A DNA stretch of 60,237 nucleotides, the filler included, from Hausera hauseri (lineage: Eukaryota): assembly GCA_046269625.1 (NCBI GenBank). It is 12 parts of 12 records of this genome, joined end to end, with 100 filler letters (N's around TTAATTAATTAA, not from the genome) between each part and the next. Parts side by side here need not be neighbours in the genome. Positions count along the whole stretch, not along the records: positions 9,368 to 13,515 come from JBJURY010734766.1; positions 13,616 to 17,756 come from JBJURY010737988.1; positions 17,857 to 22,728 come from JBJURY010408144.1; 9 more parts are not named here. One strand, 5' to 3'. The stretch's first letter is position 1. Each line of letters opens with the position of its first letter. The translations under genes were made by a program, and so were the position numbers. Below are positions 10,406-22,828 of the stretch, in pieces. Below the pieces are notes generated by a model. That model did not search any database and was not told the origin of the DNA. It saw only the letters and a list, made by a program, of their open reading frames with translations.

Positions 10406-11471
10406 CAATTGTTTTGTTGTTGGATTAGACGAAAATGAAGAGTTCTACTGGTTATGGTACCGCGTCACATCGGATATTCACTTTAACATTGTTTATAAAT
10501 GTTGCTGCCACAGGTAAGTACATTGGATTAACGAGCTTGACAGTGACATTGTCGCTAGCAGTATACTTGCTGCTTTCCGGATAGATTGCGCGAAGTAGCG
10601 GTACACGTACTCAATGGATAAAAATCGGTTCGGTGACGTTCACGTAAATGTACATTTGACTTAGTCCTGTTTTTAGTTTGGGTTTAAGTGTTGCAACATG
10701 TGCCGTCTTCGTATTCGATGCCTCAAACCGCTGTTTTTCAAAACCCAATGCCATGGCCAAAGATTTGTACAATGAAATGTCGACAATATCCTTAGCCACT
10801 TCAATTTTAATGTACCATTTGCATCTGACTCGAAAACTTTAAATATCGCCTTGTACTTTAGATTTGAAGAAAAGTATTGATAGAGATTTGCTACAGATTC
10901 GCAATAGACATAGTCTCCAATGGATGCGTATGACGTTCACACCCTTTCTGCTATATAGATAAATTTACCCGTTGTCTGGTAATGTACGAGATTTAATCTT
11001 GGACCAACTACATATTCAGTTTTAATATGTTTACCTTTGTACTTTGCATTTTTACATCCAAATTTTTGCGCAATCTCAGAGCACTCAAAGTAATAGTAAA
11101 TTCAAACCCTGCCATAAAATGTACGTTTTGATCTAAAATAAAAATACCGATCTTGCCGTGTAAACCGTAATTTGCTTCAGTCGTGCAAACGACCAATTCT
11201 CCAACTGTTATTTTGTTGTTAGTAAGTGTCAGCGGACAAGAATGTGTTTTGGTTTCAGTGGTACAAAGAGGAATACAGTCTTGTTGTACGTTATATTCAT
11301 ACTAACTTTCAATGTTACCAGTGCGTAGGGAAAGTTAAATTCCGTCAGTGCAGCCTTCCATTTTCCATATAAATTCAAAGGATTGTTCCAATCTACAACG
11401 TATTCACTGGCGGAATTCTTCGGATGAGTTGTCGTACAACTGTTGCTCCGCAACACCATGTAAATACTCAT
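10406..11471 (-). pseudogene. Polinton minor capsid (penton)-like gene, copy 2
   Basis: Starts MSIYMVLRSNS...HPKNSASEY...PLNLYGKWKAALTEFNFP; C-part MYIYVNVTEP...PLLR...YLPV...TLHFR; frameshifted. Confidence 0.8.
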
Positions 11472-11507
11472 GATCTAGATGATGATGATGATTAAGCAGT
11501 CTGTTTA

Positions 11508-12500
11508 TTATCCATGACGACGTCGAAAATGTAACGTCAAATGTGTCGTTGACCCAAACAGAAATTTAATGGGTTCACAAAATTCATCAAGCATATACAA
11601 GGAAATATTGTGCACAATATTGTGAGACAATGATAAGTACATGGGTCTGAGAATATTAACGCCAATAGTTCTACCCGATGTTTTGAACGTGTCAGAATTC
11701 AGTTCGATAGACACTGTTGATTCTATGACATGCTTCATAGAGCTATGGTTTGTATTTGGCAACAATAGATCGTCCAACAATATTTTGATAGAATTCGCGT
11801 TGTGAAAAACACAGTTTTTGAGCCAATAATTCATCAAAGGCAAAATATGTAACATTGTCATGTAGTATAATCGAAATATGACTATCTGAGTTTATTTCAC
11901 ATGCCTTTACGGCTAATGTAGCCGTTTTCTTGACGTACTTACACAATTCCAGTTTCGTTTCCATAATTAAATCGTGTGGTATAATATATGAGCCGAAGAC
12001 TAATTCTGACTTAGTCCACTTTACTATAATATCGTATTCCGCATTGGATGAAAGGTCCAATTTTTCACCAATTATAACATGGCCACCTAACCATAGACAT
12101 TTGGAGTGTACATTGACTAATTGGAAACCCCATGCCTGAGGATAAGTTATAGAATTAAACTGCATATCAATGGGATTTTGATGAATTATTTTTATACGGT
12201 AGTTTGAAAATTAAGCATAAACCGAAAAATATTCTCGCGAATAATTGCGAAGAATATATCGTTAATGTCTAGGATTGTCCGCAAACGACTCAAAAAGGGT
12301 ACGTTTCTTGTCGAGTAAAGTAAATACCATTGTTATGACGTATTGTCATTGGTGAAAATGTAAATGTGAATTCCGTCAAAGCCACTTCCCAGGCTCCCTA
12401 GCGTAAATCGATTGGTTGGTCCAAGTGCATTATAAACTGTTTAGAGGTATTGTCATTGTCGTCATGTTGTGATAATGATCTGTTACTATCAAGTACTAAG
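11508..12500 (-). pseudogene. Polinton minor capsid (penton)-like gene, copy 1
   Basis: N-part NTSKQFIMHLDQPIDL..AWEVALTEFTF; C-part RPMYLSL...ISLYMLDEFCEPIKF...THLTLHFRR; frameshifted. Confidence 0.75.
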
Positions 12501-12513
12501 TAAATGCTGCTGC

Positions 12514-13515
12514 TCATTGAATCTGTGATGCAAAAATCCAACTCGGTGCAGTGTATCCGTGCCACTTGACGAGATATTGTTTATTCCAACCTTTGCCACG
12601 TAAACGTAGAATTTCCTGAATACGATATACATCGGGTTTCTTTGGCAGTACCTGCGGGTCCTGTTTATAGAATTTACCGCGTATTTCCTCACCGTTTGCA
12701 TCCTCTAAAACGTACATGACAAGTGTTTGTTTTTCGTTTATTGCCGAAATGCGGAAAACCTCGTCGCTCAAGTTCTGATTGAAATTTTTAATGAATGGCG
12801 TCGTACTTATTTTCAAAATACGTACGTATGCATCGATTTTATATTTTCAGCGTTTAATTTCCTGCCGTTTTCGTTGTGGTGTTCGGTTTTGATAAAGCCA
12901 CATGTCCAAATCATCGATTACATCAAGTGGCTGCAATCCATTGATGCCACGATGTGTCAAATGATTGTATGCATGAGTAATATCCGGCAGTACATTTACC
13001 CAGCGTTTGTTACTTTGCTTCGTAAAAAATTTGTTTTGGCGACCGTGCAATGTTCGATTAAATCGTTCAATGAGTGCAGCCTTGTGTTGGAAAAACACCG
13101 AATAGTGGTTTGTCCCGAACTGTTTCAAGACCGTTGCAACGTGGATGTTGTAGAATTCCTTACCGAAACCCGTTTATAAATGCTTCGGCTGTTGTTGTTG
13201 TTGTTGTTGTATCAGTATCTGGACAGCGTCATCAATCTCTACCGGATTTAGATTTCACGGCAATTTTACGTGCAAAACAACTAAGCACATCAACGCATGT
13301 CAGCACGTACCGATACCCATCGTTAATGCTGGCACACAGAATCATTTCCATCAGATCTATTTGCCGCAGTGCCGTATGCACAAGTTGGAAACCGCCTTTT
13401 TATCGGTTTGTTTGGGCTGTATGCTAAGTGTTTTCCGAGCCAACATTTAGTTTGTTCCCGAGTCTGTTTGAAGGCATTTGTTAGTTTGTTGATGCCAGTA
13501 TACCCGACGGGATGA
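12514..13515 (-). pseudogene. Polinton rve integrase with C-terminal chromodomain
   Basis: DGYRYVLTCVDVLS, KAALIERFNRTL, AYNHLTHRGI, SDEVFRI, DANGEEIRGKFY, chromo-like QYLVKWHGY...SWI; several frameshifts. Confidence 0.9.
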
Positions 13516-14979
13516 NNNNNNNNNNNNNNNNNNNNNNNNNNNNNNNNNNNNNNNNNNNNTTAATTAATTAANNNNNNNNNNNNNNNNNNNNNNNNNNNNN
13601 NNNNNNNNNNNNNNNAGGAAATAGTGACTACGTAACTCCTATGGAGCCGTATAGAAACAATAATTTCCACTCAAAATAATTTGAAAACGCGGCAAGAATG
13701 CTAAGCACACAACCGTTCGTCTGAACTTGGCGACCTGTCAGAATTTCTCCATTCGCTAACATTTGAATGGGCCATCGGCTGTAAACTTCAAAATATATAC
13801 GTCACGAATGTAACCGATCTTTATAATAATACGACAACCGTCCCCACCACGCTGTGTTAGCGGATTGTAAGGCTGCTAACGTTGTTTGGGTGGGGCGAGG
13901 CGGTAGGGACAGCATTGCTTTTTTCCCCTTTTACAATGAATAGCTGCTGCCTGTAAGATTCTCGTTGCTTACAAGATTTTTAAACTTCTTTTTTTAAATT
14001 TTCCTTTATATATTATATTTCATTTTTTTTTTCAATTTGTAAGCATCGGTAACACTGCTAACATGGGCGCTCCATCACTGGTAAAAATAATTATAAATGT
14101 AACATTAAATGACCTGTTTTAAGAATGAATACAATAATGGTCCGAGGCTACGTGATAACAAAAAATAAATAACTGAAATAATATAACATAAAAAAAGTAA
14201 AACTAAAAGTAAACAAGCCAAACAAATCATAAAAAAAAAATCCTAAAAGTTCCTAGAGATATTCTCTTAGCCCGCTAAAATCAAGATTTTAATAAAGTAG
14301 TATTATTGGAGCAGTAGAAGTAGAGCGGAAAGGTCAAAGGTGGACAGAATCTGACACATGGGTCAGTCTAAGATGTGGGAGTAGGGAATGAAAGTACAAA
14401 TGTAGGCGTCAACGGGAATTAGCCTATTCCAGCGCTATGAGTGGTGTCTGAAGAAGGAGATGGAAGAAGGAAGTGTGGGAATGAAAAAAACTCTGTGAAG
14501 AAGGATCCCATATGGGGCCCATGGAGAAAGGGGTACACATGGAAATCCAACAAGAACGTAAAAGTTAGAGAAGCAAGGAAGAAGAAAAAGTGTGGAAATG
14601 AAGGGGCTTATGGAGCAAAGAGGTATGAGGTGAGGAAGTGTGAGCGTAATAAGATAAAAGATGGGGATGGGGAATAAAATGATCCATAGGAAAACAATTG
14701 CCCGTGCGTCTGAAACCGGATTAGTCGAGAAAGTTCGGGAACTAGCAACCGAGAAGGTACATACGCTGACGCGTGTTAACAACGCCAACCAGTTGGTACC
14801 ATGCTCTAGTAGAAGTTGGACGGTTTGGTCTAGCAGAGTCAGTTGGTCCTGCAGCTTCAGAAGAGACAGACGCATTTATGTCAGCCAGCCAACTTTCGAA
14901 CAAAAACGGATACGTTGTATATGTTCACCGCTTTCAATGTTGAAGAAAACATCAAGAATATTTTGGACACCCCGATAAT

Positions 14980-15650
14980 GATCATCATCATCATATGCCC
15001 CGTCAAATGGCGTCGGTGACCATGTCTCTCCACATCTGTCGATCTCTTGTGCTCGATATCAAACCTGTTGATGTTTTTGTTTATGCAATGTTGTCAAACC
15101 ATCCATTAGTTTCTGCCTCTGTTTTCCTTTGGCTCTCTTCCCGTATACTTCCCTAATCCCCCCTTTCTCATTACATCTCAGAAAAACTGTGATTGTCGTT
15201 TTCTTATAACTGAAATGATTCTAATTTTCTTATTAATTTTTTTCAAAAATATATTCATTTTTCTCTGTTTATGATATTTTCAACATTCGTCTCAGGAATC
15301 ACATCTGTGTGGCCTCTAGATGCGTTTGTATTTGTTTATTCATTGTCCCAACTCACTTCCATAAAACAGTATAGGTATTATTTAACTCTGTTGGACCTTC
15401 TTCATTTGTATTGTTAACGTCTTGTTACAACTGATACTTTTTTCATTTTTTGAAGTGTTGCTTTAGCTTGGGCTATCCTGCATTTCACCTCAGTAATACA
15501 TCTTCCATCTGCCATTATTATTGTTTCCAAATATTTAAACATACTCGCTGGCTTAAGTTTTGTTCATTCTACATTTATTTTGCAACTTATTTGCTGTTTC
15601 TTTTTTGAAATGACCGTTATTTCTGTTTTCTTTGGATTAAGACTGAGTGG
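14980..15650 (-). mobile_element. RTE-clade LINE 3-prime fragment with (GAT)n tail
   Basis: LNPKKTE...FKYL...CRIAQAK...ILFYGSE...FLRRMLKI, followed by a tgatgatgatgat tail. Confidence 0.85.
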
Positions 15651-16549
15651 TGCACGTACAAGGACTGTGTGACGGTTTCTCCCACGTCAGATGACAGGCC
15701 AACTATCACATGCCACAACTTAGCAAAACCGATGCCAATGCAAGTGGCATACAATCTTGTTAACTGCTAACTGGTAATAATGCAACAAGTCAGGCCATGA
15801 AGCAAATGATAATAATATTTAATAAGTAATTAAATTAACAACCAAAGTTCATAGAAGCATGTTTCAATAACATAAAGCGTGTTTCAATGTCTCTTTAAAA
15901 GAGATCAACACCCATGCTTTCTATGGAGCATGTAATCATACGCGTCACGTAGTTCAAAGATATATGTCTGAAGTAATTAACTACTTATCCGTCACGTAAT
16001 TCTCGCTCCGTGTTACTTGTACAGCTTCCTTTAGTACTAATTTCGTTTTGTTAATGAACCCTTTTCAGTTCCGTTAACCTTTTGGTTCTCCTTTTACTAC
16101 GATTGCCCCTTTCTTAAACTTCTCAATTAAATTCTACAACAATGTCCGTGTGTGCGTATGTTTGGTAAACTGACCGTGCCAGTTGTTTCTCTATACATAC
16201 CCACGATTCTTCTCGGAGATACATTACACTGTTCACGAGCATCACAATGCGTTTCATCAATATAACAAAGTTAGATAACAGTATGTACATATTTATACCT
16301 TACCAAGGTTTCCTCCTTGCCACGTTTGGAATATCCATCAACGTAGACTACGATAAGCGCTTAGAACCTTTTGTGGCCAGCGGGTCGAATGGCTGGTGTG
16401 GCGCCAAATGGTAAACGACGGATTGCACAGTTGATGTATATACTTCGGCTACACAAGACAAAAATCTTGGCTGAGTAGTACACTTCTACTCTCCTTGAAT
16501 TCACAAGACCACGACTCTGGCTGATCCTTGGGAAGTTAGATGGTGTCAT

Positions 16550-16830
16550 ATCATAATCAATAGGTTCCGTGCTGCAAAGCTTAGCCTGTCATGAATCTCC
16601 ATTTCTCGCGATTCCTGGTGACCCCAGTTATCTCTGCTATTGATCAACTTCCAAGCTATTCTTGCAAACCTTCCTGACACTTCATTCTCTGCCGACCACT
16701 ACTTCTATTTCATGGTATTTTGCCCGTGGTGATCAAGTTCTCCAGATCTTCTCTTCTTAAAATATGACCAATCATAGATGCTTGTCTGTTTCTGATCTTA
16801 CTGATAAGTGTTCTTTCGTGATATAAAGAA
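16550..16830 (-). mobile_element. RTE-clade LINE 3-prime fragment
   Basis: IRNRQASMIGHILRREDLENLITTGKI..RSSGRQR, a typical RTE ORF end. Confidence 0.75.
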
Positions 16831-17944
16831 AAGTATTTCCATAAATGACCGTAGGCAACTTGACTTCCTTGTGTTAAAGAGCGAGAGAAAGTCCTTTCTT
16901 TATGAAGCTAAGAAATGAAAACCTTGCCATTTCGTTCAGACAATTGTCACTGAATATAAAATCAAGGCTACATCTGTCAGTAATCATAGACACAAATCAA
17001 AATCAATTTAAACATACTAATACATTAATGACTATTCAGTTCACTTTCACCATTTGTTTCGTATCCCAGACCTATTGCAAAAAACAAAAAAAAAGTGGAC
17101 TCACAAACACAAAAATGAAACGGTTGGTTTTCCCATCTTCATCTTCCTGCTGATCGTCATAATAGCTGTCTGGTACTTCAGGACGTAAGTGATTGCACAA
17201 AAGACCCCCCCTCTCCCTTCCCCTCTTTACCTGCTCACGCTACAACGAAAAGCTCCCAACCCATTTTCTCTGAAAATCCCAAGCAGCTTATTCAAGTTTA
17301 TCAAGCAAGAAACTTCATAAGCATACAGGCATAAAATACTTATGAAAAGCAATATGTGGAAATAATGTTTCAGCAATAAAATACAGAAGTGTTACAGAGA
17401 ATTGACCACCCTCAAAGATGATACATTTCTCTAAGAGGAAAATATAATTTAAGAAGTGGGTAGACAAAATATGGGCTGATACAGCGTAAATAATGATCTC
17501 TAAAGATATATCCCTTCAAGCTGTTTAAGTAGGGAGAGGAATGGGATTTTTTTTCCCCTCTTAAATACAACGACAGAATTAGAGAAAAACGAAAACTCCC
17601 TCTGTGCTTTTCATGGTGAAAAGAGGTAAGGATGTCAGATGCTGGCGTCTTGCTTCCAGCTTGCCGTTATCTTGACTGATGGATCTAAATGAGATGCTAT
17701 TCCTGTTTGGAAGTGGTAGCTCGACTCAGTGCTCCGACATTACGTGCTCACGCTGANNNNNNNNNNNNNNNNNNNNNNNNNNNNNNNNNNNNNNNNNNNN
17801 TTAATTAATTAANNNNNNNNNNNNNNNNNNNNNNNNNNNNNNNNNNNNNNNNNNNNCCATTAAACGTGAAAATTGCCGCTCATGATGACGAAACGGAATT
17901 CCGAATATCGGTACAGACAATCATGTCACGAAAGACAATAATAG

Positions 17945-18085
17945 CAAAGATTATCAAATTGGCATTATACGTCAATACACATTCACTCCGTTGTTAAAAC
18001 GAATGTCAGGGTCTCCTGAGATGTCGTAGGCGATTTGCCGTAAAGACACAGACAAGTGTTTTCGGGCCCTTCTGTATTGGCAACT
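17945..18085 (+). pseudogene. P5B-type ATPase (ATP13A-like) nucleotide-binding-domain fragment with internal deletions
   Basis: YQIGIIRQYTFTPLLKRMS|GSPEMS*AICRKDT|DKCFRAL matches three normally separated ATP13A segments (IGIVRQFPFSSALQRMS, KGSPE..C, GFRVIAL). Confidence 0.7.
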
Positions 18086-18429
18086 TTACAAACAAAATTT
18101 GCCCTCAATGCTNNNNNNNNNNCAACAATCACTATTGGATGAGACGGACGATGAAAAATGGGAAAAGTGATGGAAAAATTTGTTTTAATTTGTAATTGTT
18201 CATTACCTATGAAAATAATCGTAACAATGTCGATTTGTCTAACTGTGGATCCTTCATTTAGCTATTCATTGATCTGATCTAATCGTTGACGAATGCTGGA
18301 TGATCGGTTCACACACACAGAATCACGCATGCTAACAATCATAAATCAATGACACATTTAATGCATTATGATTGTACATATTCATTTTTTGTATGTTTGT
18401 TTCAGCAGATATCATTTGTGTTATTATAA

Positions 18430-19592
18430 AATATTTTGGATCATTAAATAAAATTGATTTTGGAATTCAAAAACTTTAATTCTTGTGGACATTATCATCC
18501 CATTTCTTTCTGTTTGCAAATCAAAGAATTGCAAAAATGTCGGATTTTCGTTTGGGCATAAATGTTCAGTGATGAATTGTGATGTAATCAAATTGAGTCT
18601 AAAACAACAGTAGTGTCAGAAACCGATCTATAAAGAACTAAAAGACTCTGATGGTAGAGGGGATAAAGAAGTGGCAGGTGAGACATGGCAGACTCATATT
18701 CTATCAAATCAGACAATAATTGTGGACTTATTTCATGGTTTATTAAAGTCAGTAGTATGACGCAACTTATGTCAGATTAAAAGTCTAAAATTTGATGTAT
18801 ATTAAATGCTCTTATTCCCAATTCTAATGGAATACGATCAGACTATGGATATTTATGTATTTGAAACTTTCCTCATTACAAAAAAGTATAGTAAACTTCT
18901 GAACTTCAACGAGACTAATTACACAGAAAATTGTGAACAGCTGGAAAAGGATGTATGTATTAAAATGAGGAAATTTTATTGGCATTAATTGAAGATGGCA
19001 GAATAAAAAAATCATCGGATTGCACGTCAAAATACCCATAAACAACACCACCTATGCGTATTTGTTTGACACTAATAGTAAAGAAAGTGGAAGTTTTATT
19101 AATTCAGGCAACATGACGAGCTCATGTGACGAAAATTTTATAAAATTCGTTGTTTATCACAAAAAGAGAAGAAATAATTATTTTCTTCCATGGTTCAAAT
19201 ACATTTTTGAAACATTAGTCTATCCTATCGTATTTGTAATCAGTAAAAAGGACGTTGTTTCAGTGAAAAACAAAATAATCTATGAAGCTGTAAATATGAA
19301 TTTGTAAGATGGTTTCCGAAGCCGTAATGATCAAAACACCGAAAGATCGGACAGGTTTGCTGATAATATAGTTAAACCGAATCATGCAAGTGATTGCGAT
19401 TTGGATAATTATTTACGCCCTTTTGTTTTATGCCGTATCAATTCTGCTGCATTTACTTGTAGTCAGTGTCACTGAACAGATTTTGTCATGGTTGTGAATT
19501 AGAATACAGTGATTGAGAATATATATTTTCTACAAATTTTACTGATATCAATTTTCTTGTTTTGGATTGGTCTCCAGATACACTGCATTTAA
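18430..19592 (+). pseudogene. USP32: USP32-like deubiquitinase catalytic-domain pseudogene fragment
   Basis: YKELKDSDGRGDKEVAGETWQTH...IIVDLFHGLLKS; PFVLCRINSAAFTCSQCH*TDFCHGC; LDWSPDTLHL. These match USP32/USP6 motifs ELKDSDGRPD, VDLFHGQL, CAWCPWYRFCRGC, DWDPTALHL. Stops and frameshifts present. Confidence 0.85.
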
Positions 19593-19689
19593 AATTTGCC
19601 TTTGGAGATGCGAAGAAATGTTCCGAATTCCAGCATATAATCATAATTAGTGACTTAGTTGCCAAGTCCAAATTTATTAAACCAACGTC

Positions 19690-20960
19690 AACTTCTAATC
19701 TAACGGTTAAGTTTTCACGGATATTTTTTCAAATTTCATATGAAAATAAATTGAAAAGAAAGCAAGCTTTGGAAACAATTCAGACAGAAATTAAAGAAAA
19801 TAATTTAACAGCAGATGACAATTCGCTTCTTTTATCAAAATTTATAAGTTCAATTATTGACTACACTGAAGGAAATAGAGAATTCGGATGCGGTACTATC
19901 TACAAATTAATCGAACGCCAAAACAATGTAACTCAACTTCTGTCAATTATTATTCCCGAAATAGTGAAAAAACTTGATGTTAAAAATATTGTGGAACAGT
20001 CAGAAGAATTTTGTTTTTCGTTAATGAAAATTTTTTAAACATCGTAAAAAAATCTGACAAGCCAATACCACCATTAATGCAGGATGTCATTCAAATATAT
20101 GCGAATACACTCAATGATACATATGCAGAAATCAAGCGATTGTCCTGTGAAGTCCTGAATAAAATTTCCAAATTAGAAAAATCATGTTTTCTAATTAAAC
20201 ACCGATAATATGGTCAAACCTCTTATTGGTAATCCTTGCCATCAGCATTTGAAAGTCCGCGTTGATGTTGTAAATTGTAACGTCATGTTGTATGGATTAT
20301 CTGGTAGTTTTCATCAGGTTCGTTCGAATTTGGCTCAACGATTGTTCGACGACAATCCTAACATTCGTAGATCTGCGATTGACATTCGTGAATTGGCCGG
20401 TGATCTGTGGTATGATATTGGTATGAAAATTTTGAATGAGAATGAGAATGATTTGAATGAACAGATTGATTTAAGTAACTATCCAGCTGGATACGAACGT
20501 CCGAATTTGGGCTGCCGAATGATAATGTTCCGTAATGGATCGAAGATATTATCACCGCTTACTCGTAACTTAGCGGATTGGTCAGAAAACACGCGAATTA
20601 AAGCGGCGCTATTGTTACCATTAAAAGAAAAGGAAATTGAATTACGATTAACAATTTTATACCTCTAATGAAATTCATGTCAAATGTGGAAGGATCTTTT
20701 AGTTCCGAGACACATTTCACAAGTGATAGCCTTGGAAAATTACTTAATTTTGCAATTTTACCAAAATTACCTTCGAAAGCCGAAAGAACAGCCGAAGCTT
20801 TACGTGGTATGGCAGTAACATGTTTATGGAGTATTCTGGTTGGATGTTGTAAATCGTCGAAAGAACTTAATTTCCGAAATCCGTTTGCTGATTTGTCATC
20901 ATCTATTTGAAAAACATTTAATCTGGTGGGATTTATGGAAGATCCCATTTTCTACTCGTC
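19690..20960 (+). pseudogene. DNAAF5: DNAAF5/HEATR2 (dynein axonemal assembly factor 5) pseudogene with large internal deletions
   Basis: EQSEE, HQHLKVRV, LAQRLFDDNPNIRR, LWYDIG...ENENDL, RPNLGCR...RN.SKIL...ADW...TRIKAALLLP, AERTAEALRGMAVTCLWSIL; frameshifts. Confidence 0.88.
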
Positions 20961-21084
20961 GGTGAAACGAATACACGATGAGGTGAGATTTGTCATTGTG
21001 TACTATTCGTTTGGCAAGCATTTTTTTATTTTGCCCCTTAACTATTCCTATTTCTTGTTTTTCCCATATGTTTTTGTTCATAAT

Positions 21085-22728
21085 ATGTCCACCGTTGACA
21101 CAACATCGTCACCTCTAAACAGAACCCACAGAATTGGTTGTCGCTTAAAGTCCGTATACTTTAAAATTCACATATTTGTTTACATAATCCCCTAATACTT
21201 TCACCATCCCTGAAGTTATTTCTTCAACCGAGAGTTTCCAGAGGGGATTCGGTCATCCCGGATTTTCAGGTACGTCACAGTGAACAACTATCCGACCGTC
21301 TGTCCTATATCAGTAGGTCCTACGCCATGGTCCGTTCCATCACCTCATCAGCCACTAGGACCTACTCCGACTCTTTCCCTTTTATTCCTCGTCAATAATC
21401 CTCAATTACACTCACTCACTACAACGTATTCTATTGACGCACATTTCTTACACCACTATGTACTATGTTTCGGTAATATTTCTGATTTTTACCTCACTTA
21501 CAACAACCTACCTGTAATTAACGTCGATTTTTGCCACCTTTTTGTTCCTTCATCCCTTTATGTCATTATTTATGTACACTTTCGCATTCGTGGTGGCATG
21601 GATTTTTCTCCCATCATTGACACTACTGACAAGACTACCTCTAAACCATCACCTTTCACTTTTCACCAAAAATCAACGACCGTAACCACGCCATCTACTT
21701 TCACCACTTATACACCTTCCGTCCCGCTAGCCAAGCACTTCTCAGTGCACGTAATATTTTATCGATCGCGAAAAATCCAGCAAAACCTGGCTTAGCTTTC
21801 ACAAACTTTGGCTGCAGTCTAACAACATTACTAATCCCTCAGCAAAAGCTCATAGTTTACTTTGCCCCTTACTAAACACAGTAAAGAGTTCTCTTCACGA
21901 TATTCTAGACATCTTTCAACAAGCCGACCCGTACACACATCTCTATGATGCAGTCTTAAAACTTACCGAACCGTCTATGGATTCCATAATCCATAGATTC
22001 TTTAATAATAACGCAATGGGAACACAAAAGCCTTCTGAGTTCCTGTGTACGTCGTTGACTCACCTACAAACGACGAAATGTTTCTATTTATAATCATACT
22101 TGTTCTGTTTCCAGAAACAGGTCACCATCGCCTACACGATCTTTTGTGTACTATTATCATAGCAAATTTAATAATAAAGCTAATAAATGCTGTTTAGGGT
22201 GTAGATATTACACTCCAAATTTACATTCAGACAAGGTTGTTTGCATCTACCATGCAAAATTTGGATTTCACGCTCAGAAATGTCTTTAAGGCTGCACCTA
22301 TAAGGACAACGCTAACCATAGTACTAACAGACGTTCTATTTCCCCTAATAATAGTCGGCCGATCTCACAAATCCAAAAAAAAACTAATTTCGCCGCCAGT
22401 ACTCACGGCAGAGTCTGACAAATGCAACTTCTCTAATACTACCTGCCGACACACTTCTTTTGCAGTCTTTACACTAAAGGCTTAGATAACCACACCAACA
22501 ACTCAATCCATAAACTTCCTTATCAACACAGGGGTTGCAGTTTCTTTGCTACCACTCACTTTCATTGTAGAAAATTCACCATTCAAAGATAAATTGTTAT
22601 TGACAGCTTTAGAACAACCGCTTGACATTTCAGGTACATCTAAATTGTCGGTCACCTTACCAAAATTTCAGTCCACGTTTCATTGGACGTTTACCGTCGT
22701 TAACGTCCGCACAGCAATCCTAGGTTCG
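21085..22728 (+). mobile_element. Ty3/Gypsy Ubl-Gag lineage copy B (Ubl-gag-PR), degraded
   Basis: Gag homologous to copy A (LWLQSNNIT, AVLKLTEP, GTQKPSEFL); double knuckle at ~22145-22300; protease FLINTGVAVSLLP...TAILGS. Confidence 0.92.
21379..21597 (+). other. Ubiquitin-like domain ending RIRGG, fused to Gag Met (ATG 21598)
   Basis: LLFLVNNPQLHSL...DFYLTYNN...IIYVHFRIRGG|MDFSP, 73 aa; compare ubiquitin LHLVLRLRGG. Confidence 0.8.
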
Positions 22729-22828
22729 NNNNNNNNNNNNNNNNNNNNNNNNNNNNNNNNNNNNNNNNNNNNTTAATTAATTAANNNNNNNNNNNNNNNN
22801 NNNNNNNNNNNNNNNNNNNNNNNNNNNN

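Noticed and set aside
14435-14978. Overlapping ORFs 14435..14875, 14441..14677, 14661..14978
   Set aside because: Arise from purine/pyrimidine-skewed low-complexity sequence; no recognisable domain.
15676-16550. Possible LTR and protease relic
   Set aside because: Only a TG start and a weak protease-like string; no paired LTR, PPT or catalytic motif.
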